From Ruminiclostridium hungatei (GTDB lineage: Bacteria > Bacillota > Clostridia > Acetivibrionales > DSM-1351), in the NCBI RefSeq assembly GCF_002051585.1, contig NZ_MZGX01000013.1, positions 70,614-134,613 of the forward strand: a DNA stretch of 64,000 bases, given 5' to 3'. Shown in pieces: positions 20,303 to 29,782 of this stretch (position 1 is the stretch's first letter; each line of letters begins with the position of its first letter). The notes beneath the pieces were generated by a model, which did no database searches, was not told the DNA's origin, and was given only the letters and a program-made list of their open reading frames with translations. The position numbers and the translations under genes were made by a program.

Positions 20303-22342
20303 CTATTGTCCTATGATAATTTTAAAACCTATTTCCAGTGAATTGGCATATTCCTTTGCCTTTATTATAGCCTGAATTTGTTCCATGGACAATTGCACAT
20401 CGGGAATAACCAGTTCAAGTGCCTTTGAACTGAAATCTACCCCCTGGAAGGCACTTTTTCCCCCATAAGTGGCGCCATCGAATCTGCTGAGCTGGTATAC
20501 AAAGCTATTCAGCTTGCTCAGAAGTGCAGAGCTATTCTGATAGGTTGCTGCAGCAGTATCCAGGCTTTTTATACTGACCGCCACTTTGTTTTCCAGTTTG
20601 TCTATGACAGGAAAGTTATGCCCCAAACCGTTGCCTCTGAGCTTATCAATAATATTCCCCCGTTCCAGCCAGCCTTTAAGCCAGGTGTCCTTCGGCAGTG
20701 TCACAACCTCGTCGGCCATCTGGGCCGCGTTGGTCATACTGCTCTGCTGGGCGAGCGTTCTTGCCAATGTCCCTGAGGCAAACATTCTAAGGGTGTTCCC
20801 AAGTCCGAAATATGCAATGCCCTGGGCCACAAGTCCAATTTCATAAAGTCCAATAAATACAAGTCCCGTCAGCACCATAGGCAGTACGAAGCTAATCAGG
20901 TCATGGGGCATACCGTCATTCCGGGTAAGCAGTACACGGGCGTCGGATATTACCTCCGAGAATATGTCCTTCCAGGTTCCGGGCCTGCGGTCTGTCACCT
21001 TCCAACCGGTTACTGTTTTTGCATAGTATACCGGTTCCTTTCCTGTCAGTCTTTTATATACGTCATTTATCAAAGCCTCACTCTTGCCGTACAGGTAGTC
21101 CTTAACCCCCTCCGGATCAAAAAGGAACAGCAGTTGCAGCTTGTCGGCGGACAATTTCAGCTTCCTGTTATGCTGTAACTTTTCAAGGAAGGGCCTATGT
21201 GCGCTTTCAATGACTTCCGCGGCCTCCCTGCTCCTCATTGCAGAGGCAGTGGTCTGCATGCTTTTCAACATCTTCATTACATCCGTACCGATATAATACC
21301 ACTTTATCTCATCATCCTTGAAGGTAATACTGTCGCTTTGTTTTCCAACACCCAGGTTCATTCTTCCAGTTCTCACTGTTTTGTCGAAATCTTCCCTGGA
21401 ATTGTTCATTTGACTATTCGGCCTGCGCTGGATGGTGTTTCCGGGTGACTGTCCCAAGCTCTGCCCGGCACCTGCCTGTATGCCTACGCCCAAAGTGCTC
21501 TGTGTCTCACTCCGGCTTACCGGCCCGTTTCCCGGACTGATGCTTTTAACACCTTCCTGCAACGCCCTGCTGCCCATTATGTCGGCTTCTCTTTCCAGGC
21601 CGGCATCCTCATTTACAGAGACACCGGTTTTCATCTGAAGAGTGGGCTTAACCCGTCCCTGCTTTTGCTGTACCGCGTGCCAGCCCTCATGCGGAAGGTG
21701 CTGCTCCTGTCCCGGTTCAACATAAATGTCACTGCCCTGAGTATATGCAAGAGCACCTACCTGCTGTGGCTTGTGGGAATCCCTGTGTACGGTGACATCT
21801 GACAGATCGGTTCCCGAAAGCCTTTCAAGTCCCGCTCTCAAGTGGTCAGGCATATCTGTTTCCGACTGTCCGTTTGCGGGAGCGCTGCTTTCGCCCTGCT
21901 TCATCTGTATGGCCTTTTGATCATTTTGCCCACTTTGTACACTTTGCTCATTTTGCTGCTTTTTCCCCGGTATCGCCCCCCGCCTGAGTTCTCCGTATGT
22001 CCCGGGCTTTGCTTCAGTTCGGCTTTGACCATATCTGCCTCCGGTCAGGGTGCCTGGAGTATTTTCAGGCAGTGCACCCTTTTTCATTCTTTTACGCTGC
22101 CTCATATCTTCCATTAAAGCCAAAGCCTCACGGTAGCCTATGGCTTTTTGCAGTATAATGAAGTCCTCATATGTAATCGCATCGGGATTAATGAGCAGCA
22201 TTTGCATTATTTCCCGGTAATCCCTGGCCTTTGCGGCAGGGTTTTTGGGCTCGGAAGTTATGGCAGAAGACTTGTTTTCTCCCTGCTTTACCCCTTCACC
22301 TACAGACCTGTCGGTTTTCTTTTGCAACACCTTTGTCTGCAT
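20303..22342 (-). CDS. DUF4157 (zincin-like HExxH) domain protein, polymorphic-toxin-like, with hydrophobic segment and uncharacterised C-terminal domain
   Basis: Central DUF4157 signature LRAGLERLSGTDLSDVTVHRDSHKPQQVGALAYTQGSDIYVEPG...HEGWHAVQQ. Hydrophobic stretch LISFVLPMVLTGLVFIGLYEIGLVAQGIAYFGLG. C-terminal ~200 aa unassigned. Confidence 0.7.
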   Translation of the reverse strand: MQTKVLQKKTDRSVGEGVKQGENKSSAITSEPKNPAAKARDYREIMQMLLINPDAITYEDFIILQKAIGYREALALMEDMRQRKRMKKGALPENTPGTLTGGRYGQSRTEAKPGTYGELRRGAIPGKKQQNEQSVQSGQNDQKAIQMKQGESSAPANGQSETDMPDHLRAGLERLSGTDLSDVTVHRDSHKPQQVGALAYTQGSDIYVEPGQEQHLPHEGWHAVQQKQGRVKPTLQMKTGVSVNEDAGLEREADIMGSRALQEGVKSISPGNGPVSRSETQSTLGVGIQAGAGQSLGQSPGNTIQRRPNSQMNNSREDFDKTVRTGRMNLGVGKQSDSITFKDDEIKWYYIGTDVMKMLKSMQTTASAMRSREAAEVIESAHRPFLEKLQHNRKLKLSADKLQLLFLFDPEGVKDYLYGKSEALINDVYKRLTGKEPVYYAKTVTGWKVTDRRPGTWKDIFSEVISDARVLLTRNDGMPHDLISFVLPMVLTGLVFIGLYEIGLVAQGIAYFGLGNTLRMFASGTLARTLAQQSSMTNAAQMADEVVTLPKDTWLKGWLERGNIIDKLRGNGLGHNFPVIDKLENKVAVSIKSLDTAAATYQNSSALLSKLNSFVYQLSRFDGATYGGKSAFQGVDFSSKALELVIPDVQLSMEQIQAIIKAKEYANSLEIGFKIIIGQ

Positions 22343-22427
22343 ATCTCCACTCCCTTAAAAATTTGCTCATAAATAAAGTAAATTTAAAAGGACTTTTAAC
22401 ATCCGGATTTATAATTTTATCGAAAGT

Positions 22428-24548
22428 CTAGAGAAATATTTTCTTTTGGCTGTATTCTTTAATCACATCATTTCTTATAAAGATATTTTCAGGACAACCG
22501 GTGAACTGGTAAAATACCGACTCGGGAAAATAGCCTCCGGACTTCATAACCGAATCAAAATATTCACCCATTCCGTCTCTGTCAGCCAGCTCCCTCAGTA
22601 TTTTTTCGCTGTCCTCATATATATGTGCGGCTCTTAATCCGCCCGCGGAAACTTTTTGCTTGAACTCTGCAAGGGGAAAACTTCCGCTTGCATTTTTGGT
22701 GTTGGCCCAGATTTCCAGCCGGGAGGGACGTGTCGATTGGGAAGCTGTTATTTCATGGACTGCATTTGTGGACACCACATGGCTCCATATGTCATCCAAG
22801 GTGCGCATATTGCTCCACCCCTTTCTCACCTCTATTATTTCCGCAAACAGTCTTGCAATAAGCACGGCATTCCTTCTTACATCCACGGGTACAAAGGTTC
22901 CAAGTACGGCCCTTGCCCCCGCCCGGATGAACAAATCCCCGGCAGAGACCACACCCCTTCCCCTTGGCGTCACATGGCATGCACTTAAAAGCACCACCGG
23001 AGGAACCCGGATATCATCCTCCACCATCCATCTTTCGCCGCCAATATTCAGTCCCGCCATATTGCTTCCAATATCGTAAAAGCCATGGGAGGAAACCAGC
23101 AAAATGTCGGCATCCGGGTGCATAGCCAGCATTTCCTTGAAGCCCTTCACTGAAGATATCTCCATAAAATGCAGCTCCATATCCCCGGCTTTGCCTATCA
23201 TGTCTCTCAGTGCCGCTGTCAGCCCGTCACAGTACGGCCTGATACCGTCTGTACTCTCCACGCACTCTGCAACCAGCACCTTGCACCTGCTCCCCAGATA
23301 TATCTGGCTGTCCTTGTGCATTTCATACTGAAAAGCTTTTGTAAGAGGGGTAAGTGGCCTTAAAGTAATTGGCTTCACGCAGCACAAGGGGGCGGAACAG
23401 CCCGGCAGAACAGCCACTCCAATAGGAAAATCCGAGAATACCGTTATCTGCGAAACATGATTTAAGATATTTATGTCAAAGGGTTTCAGGCTATTGTTGA
23501 GAAGCTTTCCCAGCCTGCGAAGAGTACGCCATATAAACCTGTTATCTATCCTTCTGATATTCTGGTGCTCCGCAGCATGCTTGCAGTGTTCCTCCAGCTT
23601 GGCCAGTTCCAGGTACATTTCCCGGGGAAAAAAATCCAGATGTATGTACATTGCATTTTTGGCAAGAGCCCTGTGATACCCCAGTATTTTTACAACTTCC
23701 TCCTCATTCTCAGGAAGTTCCCTGCTTCTGCCCATAACCTTTATCTGATGGGACATAGTGCCCGGCATGGTTATAACCAGGGGCATACCATAAAAATTGC
23801 TGTTTTCTCTTATGAGCTTTTCAAGCAGCCTGCCATACTCCTCTTCTTTATTCCCTATAGCTTTGGCCAGGTCAAGAATACGCTTATGCATGAATATGCT
23901 GAAGTTATTGCATTTTTTAGCATCCTGAAATTCCTGTATTTTGCCGAATACCCTCTCGAGAAATCCAAATTGGTTGGCCAGGGGAATAAGCGGCAGGATT
24001 CCCCGCTCCACCCTTTCGGTGAGACGGATTTCCTTTTCGGCGGAGCAGGGTTCAAACTCCTTTACATATGTGGTAATGTGTTTGCATATCCTGTTCCAAT
24101 GTTCTTTTAAAAGTTCACTTGTAAGCTGGGATACTTTTACAAGGCCCAAAAGGCTTTCCGGGATGCCCGGGTCCTTTTTCAAAGTATCATACAGCCTGTC
24201 CTCACATATAATCAGGGTGGCATCCTGGATAAGTCCGTTATATATGCTTTGCTTTTCCCCTGCGTTTCTGCAATAGGGGAAGGGGATTATATTATGGGGC
24301 TCGTCGTGGCCGCTCAATACAAGGTCAATATCCATGGAAACAACATCAAAACCCATCCTGGGCAGGTGGAGTATGTACCAAAGGGCAGGTATTATGCCGT
24401 TCAGCTCAGTGTCCCACAGATGCGCGGTGTCAGAGTTGAGCCTGCTTTCCGCCTGCACTATGGGCCGGTAGTCCTCTTGGAATTCTTCCGCCTCGAATAT
24501 GACATAGTAGTTAAGTATAATAAGTCTGTACTGTTCCTCATAATCCAT
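22428..24548 (-). CDS. CHAT-domain (caspase-like) protease with ~450-aa N-terminal region of unknown function
   Basis: C-terminal CHAT His/Cys dyad context: ADILLVSSHGFYD ... PPVVLLSACHV. No Walker A in the N-terminal part. Confidence 0.65.
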   Translation of the reverse strand: MDYEEQYRLIILNYYVIFEAEEFQEDYRPIVQAESRLNSDTAHLWDTELNGIIPALWYILHLPRMGFDVVSMDIDLVLSGHDEPHNIIPFPYCRNAGEKQSIYNGLIQDATLIICEDRLYDTLKKDPGIPESLLGLVKVSQLTSELLKEHWNRICKHITTYVKEFEPCSAEKEIRLTERVERGILPLIPLANQFGFLERVFGKIQEFQDAKKCNNFSIFMHKRILDLAKAIGNKEEEYGRLLEKLIRENSNFYGMPLVITMPGTMSHQIKVMGRSRELPENEEEVVKILGYHRALAKNAMYIHLDFFPREMYLELAKLEEHCKHAAEHQNIRRIDNRFIWRTLRRLGKLLNNSLKPFDINILNHVSQITVFSDFPIGVAVLPGCSAPLCCVKPITLRPLTPLTKAFQYEMHKDSQIYLGSRCKVLVAECVESTDGIRPYCDGLTAALRDMIGKAGDMELHFMEISSVKGFKEMLAMHPDADILLVSSHGFYDIGSNMAGLNIGGERWMVEDDIRVPPVVLLSACHVTPRGRGVVSAGDLFIRAGARAVLGTFVPVDVRRNAVLIARLFAEIIEVRKGWSNMRTLDDIWSHVVSTNAVHEITASQSTRPSRLEIWANTKNASGSFPLAEFKQKVSAGGLRAAHIYEDSEKILRELADRDGMGEYFDSVMKSGGYFPESVFYQFTGCPENIFIRNDVIKEYSQKKIFL

Positions 24549-24976
24549 ATGCAGCCTCTTTCCGGAGCCTTCAGTCTCCCTGTTTTACACATTTATCCAA
24601 TCATATTGATTTTATCATAAAAAATAAATCTTCAATTAAACTATTTTATTGTAAATTTATAGTTGTTTTAGTATAATCTATAAAAACAAGACAGTTATGT
24701 ATACTTGCTACAGTTAGTTACCAGGAGGGTCCTTAACAGATTAATCACATAAATTAAAGCTAAAAGAGAACAGGTTATGGGCTATGAGCATCTTAAATAA
24801 CCAAGGTGTTCACAGCCCATAATACGTATTAATTTCATCATTTAAATTGCCAGCATTGGTAATGACAGTGTAAAAGGATTGACTTACCTCCCGGGGTGCC
24901 GTTGTCCTTTTCCACCTCCGCCCTCTTCCTTCATTTGGAGACTTCTCTGTTCTTCCGATGTTACTTTTTTTGTTCT

Positions 24977-26803
24977 TTATTCCAGGTGCTGCTCAGCAAT
25001 ATACTGCCCTGCCTGTACACGCCACATCCCGGCATATTTACCGTCCAGCTTCAGCAGTTCCTCATGGCTTCCGGACTCTATAATCCTTCCGTCCTCCAGC
25101 ATGAATATCTTATCTGCCAGACGGGTGGTGGACAGCCTGTGGGAGATGAAAACCACTGTTTTATTTGCAGCCGCCTCCAGCATGGACTGATTCAACTGGT
25201 ATTCAGCTATGGGATCAAGGGCTGAGGAGGGCTCATCCAGGATAATAAGGCTTGAATTTTTGTAGAAGGCTCTTGAAATTGCAAGCTTCTGGGCCTCTCC
25301 GCCGGACAGGTTTACCCCGTTCTCCTCAAATTCTGCTGTCAGAGGAGTGGCCAGTCCGTATTTAAGTTCACTGAGTCTCTGAACAAAGCCGCTCTGTTCA
25401 AGTGCCTCCATTACCGGTTCCTCCGGCACGGCCTCCCCTATGTCCAGCAGCACGTTTTCCTTTACTGTGGCGGCATACAGCATGTAGTCCTGGAAAACCG
25501 TCCCCACATGCTCACGGTACTGGGCCACATCATAGTCCCTGATGTCAACACCATTTAGGGATATGGTTCCCTCCTTCACATCATAGAGCCTCATGAGCAG
25601 CTTTATCAGTGTGGTTTTTCCCGCCCCGTTGTAGCCCACAAGCGCAACCTTTTCATAGGGCTTGATTGTCATATTTATGTTATTTATAACACTTTTGGCC
25701 CCCTCATTATACGCAAAGGCTATATTGTCCAGCTTGAATATTCCCGGCTTTCCCGGCACCGCCAGCCGCTTTTTGCTGTCAATCCTGGGCTCGTAATCCA
25801 GAAAGCTGCGTATCTTGTCCACATACAGGCTGGTTTCACTTGCATATGGGTATATCTCGGTTATAGTCCTCAGACTCCTCTTAAACCTGCCGAAAGAATT
25901 GAACAGAATCACAACACTGCTGTAGGATATGAGACTGAGCACCGTAGCCTTATACACCAGATAAATGATATACAGCACATCGCTTATAAAGTCGTTGAAA
26001 ACATAATCCCGCAGAAAGCTTAAAATAAACTTCCTTTTTGCATTCTCCCTGTCAATCTCATATATCTTTTTATTTGCAGCCTTGAACTTGTCCAGGAGTT
26101 TATGGGGTATATCCGGATTAAGTCTGAGCTCCTTGGCATAGTCATTCAGGTAGAATACCCTGTTGACATAGGCCCTTTTCCTCTCCTGGGGGTTTTTTTG
26201 AAGCCTTATTTTATAATTCAGCCTGTTAAATACCTGCATGAGCAGAGAGGACAGTAGGAAGGAGACTGCTACAAAGCACACCGAAAACCAATCCTTAATC
26301 AGAAAGTAGGTTCCTGTGGTAATGAAAACCGTCAGCCCGGTAAAGAGCTTGTTCAGAAATTCCAGCAGCCTTTCCACCTGCTTGTCCGCCTCTGAAACCG
26401 CAAGCACAAATTCATTATAATATTCCGGATTGTCATAGCATTCCAAATCCAGCTTACGGGCTTTTTCATACAGCATGAACTTCAGCTTCTGCTTCATTTT
26501 TGGCAGGGCCTTAAGGGATATGAGCTGGTTTACAAAGGCTCCGTATATCATTCCAAGGCCTATGAGGATAAAAAGGGCAATTATAAATACCGCCACATTC
26601 TGGAAAGGCCGCCCGTATTCAACGGACTCCAGTACATAACCTATTCCGTAAGTATGCTCAAAAAATATGAGCAGTTGGTTTCTCAGAATATCCAGTATAA
26701 ATGCAAGGATGTACAGAGGGGACGCTGAAAAGCAGATTTTCAGGATAAACATATTATTGTCCAACACCTGTCTGAAGGGCTGCTTTGGCTGCTTGGGCTT
26801 CAT
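24977..26803 (-). CDS. ABC transporter ATP-binding/permease protein (type I exporter, half-transporter)
   Basis: Six TM helices, then NBD: Walker A GYNGAGKTT, signature LSGGEAQKLA, Walker B LIILDEPSSALD. Confidence 0.9.
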   Translation of the reverse strand: MKPKQPKQPFRQVLDNNMFILKICFSASPLYILAFILDILRNQLLIFFEHTYGIGYVLESVEYGRPFQNVAVFIIALFILIGLGMIYGAFVNQLISLKALPKMKQKLKFMLYEKARKLDLECYDNPEYYNEFVLAVSEADKQVERLLEFLNKLFTGLTVFITTGTYFLIKDWFSVCFVAVSFLLSSLLMQVFNRLNYKIRLQKNPQERKRAYVNRVFYLNDYAKELRLNPDIPHKLLDKFKAANKKIYEIDRENAKRKFILSFLRDYVFNDFISDVLYIIYLVYKATVLSLISYSSVVILFNSFGRFKRSLRTITEIYPYASETSLYVDKIRSFLDYEPRIDSKKRLAVPGKPGIFKLDNIAFAYNEGAKSVINNINMTIKPYEKVALVGYNGAGKTTLIKLLMRLYDVKEGTISLNGVDIRDYDVAQYREHVGTVFQDYMLYAATVKENVLLDIGEAVPEEPVMEALEQSGFVQRLSELKYGLATPLTAEFEENGVNLSGGEAQKLAISRAFYKNSSLIILDEPSSALDPIAEYQLNQSMLEAAANKTVVFISHRLSTTRLADKIFMLEDGRIIESGSHEELLKLDGKYAGMWRVQAGQYIAEQHLE

Positions 26804-28635
26804 AGCACCACCCCCTCTTCAATATTTTTCACCGCAAGATAATTCATGGCCTGCTTGGTATACATATCTGCATAGGGGCCCTTCAGCTTCATCAATTCCT
26901 GGTGGGTTCCCTGTTCCACAAGCTCACCCTTCTCAAACATGAATACCTTGTGGGCATTGCGTACCGAAGAAAGGCGGTGGGAGATAAATATCATGGTTTT
27001 ATCCCGGCTTTCCTTCATAATGCTTTTATACAGCTCGTATTCCGCAATGGGGTCAAGGGCTGAGGAAGGCTCGTCAAACACTTTGACGGGGGTATTCTGC
27101 ACAAAAGCCCTTGAGACCACTATTTTCTGATACTGCCCTCCTGAGAGCACCGCGCCCGCTTCATCAAACTCCCTTGTAAGAATTGTATTTATTCCATTTT
27201 CCAGAGTCTGTACCTTTTCGTACACTCCTGCCTTCTTAAGAGCCTCCGCCACCGCCTCATCCTCATTTTCAATATTACGTCCCATCAGCACATTATCCTT
27301 TACGGAAAGTGCAAGAACCCTGTAATCCTGAAAGGCTGCCGCAAATAGCCTGCGGTATTCCCTAAGATTATATTCCTTTATATTCCTTCCGTTCAGGAGG
27401 ATTTCGCCTTCCGTAGGGTCGTACAAGCGGAACAGCAGCTTGATGATTGTGGACTTTCCCGCCCCGTTGTGGCCTACCATGGCCACGACACTGTTACCCG
27501 GTATGGTGAAGCTGAGATTTTTTACGGCATATTTGCCGTCTTTATAGGAAAAGCTTACATTGCGGAATTCAATGGAGGAAATCTCCCTGTCCGGCGTGCT
27601 GCCGTCCCAGTCCTCCGGAATCGCTTCCTTGTACTCCATGAAGGTACGCAGGTTGTTTACAAACATACCGTTTTTTATGGTCTCCATTATATTGTTGAAA
27701 AGGCCTATGAGAATCCAGGTTGCGGAAACCATGGTGCTTGACAGCACGGCCAGTTCCGCCAGGGATATACTTTTTACCACCATGGCCTTGTATGCTCCGT
27801 ACAGCAGCACTCCCTCAAAGATTACGGAAAAGGTAAATACAACCTTCAGCACTTCTACAGGAATTATTTTGGGAGCATATTTGCCTGCAATGGCAACAGT
27901 TCTCTTTATTGCCTCGTCATATTTCTCCCTTATGAGGCGGTAGACATTTGAAAGCCTCATTTCCTTTGCGTATTCCGCCAGATACATTACCCTGTTTACG
28001 TACTGGAATACCCTTTCATTGGGAATGCCCTCCTTGTACCTCTTCAAGGACAGTTTATTCATAATGCCGCCAAAGACGAAGTTTCCTATAATGGGGAAAA
28101 CAACGAACAATACCGCCACCCTGTCAATGTCATACATTGAAAAGAATACTGCCACTGTGGCAACAGAGCCGGTCAGTATTCCCCACACGTTGGTCACCAC
28201 GCTTGTGATCCTGTCGCCTGCACCGTCTATGGCCATGGTATATCTATTGTAAAACTCCGAATCCTCAAAGCAGCCCAGTTCCACATTCCTGGCCTTATTA
28301 TACAGCTTCAGCGACAGCCCCTCATAGGTTCTGGTATCGTTCAGCGGGAAGCAGACATTATTCACATAGCTCCTGTACAGCCCAACCAGTGCAAATGTTG
28401 CACCGCACAGCAAAATAAAAACCAGAATACTTTGAAAACTCATTTTCCTTTCAAAGGCATTTATTATGTACCTCATAAAAATAGTGCTGTAGAACACCCA
28501 TTCAAAATATTCCAGAATGGATAAGGCAAGCCTGTGGGCCACATTGCTCCTGCTGATACCCCAGGCCAGCTTCATTGCAAAGATGTTGTTTTTAATTGAA
28601 GTTATATTTGATATTTCTTTTTGTTTTTTATCCAT
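26800..28635 (-). CDS. ABC transporter ATP-binding/permease protein (partner half-transporter)
   Basis: Walker A GHNGAGKST, signature LSGGQYQKIV, Walker B VFDEPSSALD. Start set at MDKKQ with AGGAGG RBS. 4-bp overlap with the downstream partner. Confidence 0.9.
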   Translation of the reverse strand: MDKKQKEISNITSIKNNIFAMKLAWGISRSNVAHRLALSILEYFEWVFYSTIFMRYIINAFERKMSFQSILVFILLCGATFALVGLYRSYVNNVCFPLNDTRTYEGLSLKLYNKARNVELGCFEDSEFYNRYTMAIDGAGDRITSVVTNVWGILTGSVATVAVFFSMYDIDRVAVLFVVFPIIGNFVFGGIMNKLSLKRYKEGIPNERVFQYVNRVMYLAEYAKEMRLSNVYRLIREKYDEAIKRTVAIAGKYAPKIIPVEVLKVVFTFSVIFEGVLLYGAYKAMVVKSISLAELAVLSSTMVSATWILIGLFNNIMETIKNGMFVNNLRTFMEYKEAIPEDWDGSTPDREISSIEFRNVSFSYKDGKYAVKNLSFTIPGNSVVAMVGHNGAGKSTIIKLLFRLYDPTEGEILLNGRNIKEYNLREYRRLFAAAFQDYRVLALSVKDNVLMGRNIENEDEAVAEALKKAGVYEKVQTLENGINTILTREFDEAGAVLSGGQYQKIVVSRAFVQNTPVKVFDEPSSALDPIAEYELYKSIMKESRDKTMIFISHRLSSVRNAHKVFMFEKGELVEQGTHQELMKLKGPYADMYTKQAMNYLAVKNIEEGVVL

Positions 28636-28822
28636 GAAAGCCTCCTGACATTCATATGATTCACACCCATCCATATCCAGCTTTTCATATTTTAACATAT
28701 TTTATCGAATTATGTAACATAAGTGCCGGAATCAAAAATATATTGAAAAAAATATGCAATTACTGTAATATTATGAATTAAGTGGCATGTGCCAGAAAAT
28801 TGAAAAGAAGGTGTGATACTTT

Positions 28823-29671
28823 ATGCAAAGTGTTGTTAAGCCGCCTGTGAAACGGAAAAGGTTGATTATCATTATTGTGATTGTATTGGCTGCCCTGGCC
28901 ATTCTGGCTGCAGCCCTGGTCATTACGAAAACCACGGGCAAGGCCTCCGACTATGTTCTGGGCCAGGATGCGCTCAAGGTAAACGGGCAGCTTGTTTCTG
29001 CCGATTTGTTCCGGGATGAACAGAATGTTTTATTCCTGAGATACAGGGGAGACGCTTCCATGCAGCAGAAGACGGAAGAGGAATTGAATGATATGGTGCT
29101 GGAGGCAGTTCTTGAAAAAGTCCTGACCGACGACTTTTTTTACAGTTCCGGGCAAAAGGCTACCCAAAAGGAAATTGACGATTATTACGACAAGTATGTA
29201 AAACCAAGCCGTGATGCACGTGCTGCTGAGGAATCCGACTTAAACGACGGACTTGACTATAAGACGGAAGCAGATACGAAAAAGGACATTGAAGTATACC
29301 TGCTGAAGCTCAAAAGTATACCCACACTGGCGCAATCTTACGGTATCACTCTTACGGATGAGGAATTTGATGAAAGCTATAAGGAATATACCCGCCAGTA
29401 TAGTGATACTCCTCAATTTATCCATCCCAGGGACGAATATAAAAACATGCTGCTGCTTCAGAAGTTCTCCCAGTCGGATAAATTGGACCCATGGCTTGAT
29501 AAGCTGAAGGGCAGTGCAAAAATAGAGATTTTGGACCCTGCCATGAATGCGTACACGCTTTACAAAAACGGAGAATACGCAAAAGCCGCACAGGAATATA
29601 AAAATGCTTATAAAAAATATAAAGTGAGTTTCTATCGTGACAGGCAGAAGGAATGTGAATCGTTAAATTAA
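28823..29671 (+). CDS. membrane-anchored SurA-N-terminal-like chaperone domain protein (no PPIase domain seen)
   Basis: N-terminal TM anchor, then SurA_N-like region (VNGQLVSADLFRDE...). Confidence 0.45.
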   Translation: MQSVVKPPVKRKRLIIIIVIVLAALAILAAALVITKTTGKASDYVLGQDALKVNGQLVSADLFRDEQNVLFLRYRGDASMQQKTEEELNDMVLEAVLEKVLTDDFFYSSGQKATQKEIDDYYDKYVKPSRDARAAEESDLNDGLDYKTEADTKKDIEVYLLKLKSIPTLAQSYGITLTDEEFDESYKEYTRQYSDTPQFIHPRDEYKNMLLLQKFSQSDKLDPWLDKLKGSAKIEILDPAMNAYTLYKNGEYAKAAQEYKNAYKKYKVSFYRDRQKECESLN

Positions 29672-29782
29672 ACCGGGAAATACAGTCGGAAAATAAAGTC
29701 GGGAAATGATAATGATTAAGTCTGAGGCCGGGGAGCTTCCCGGCCTCTTTTATGCTTTTAAAACCCTTGATTTCCTGCTTGC

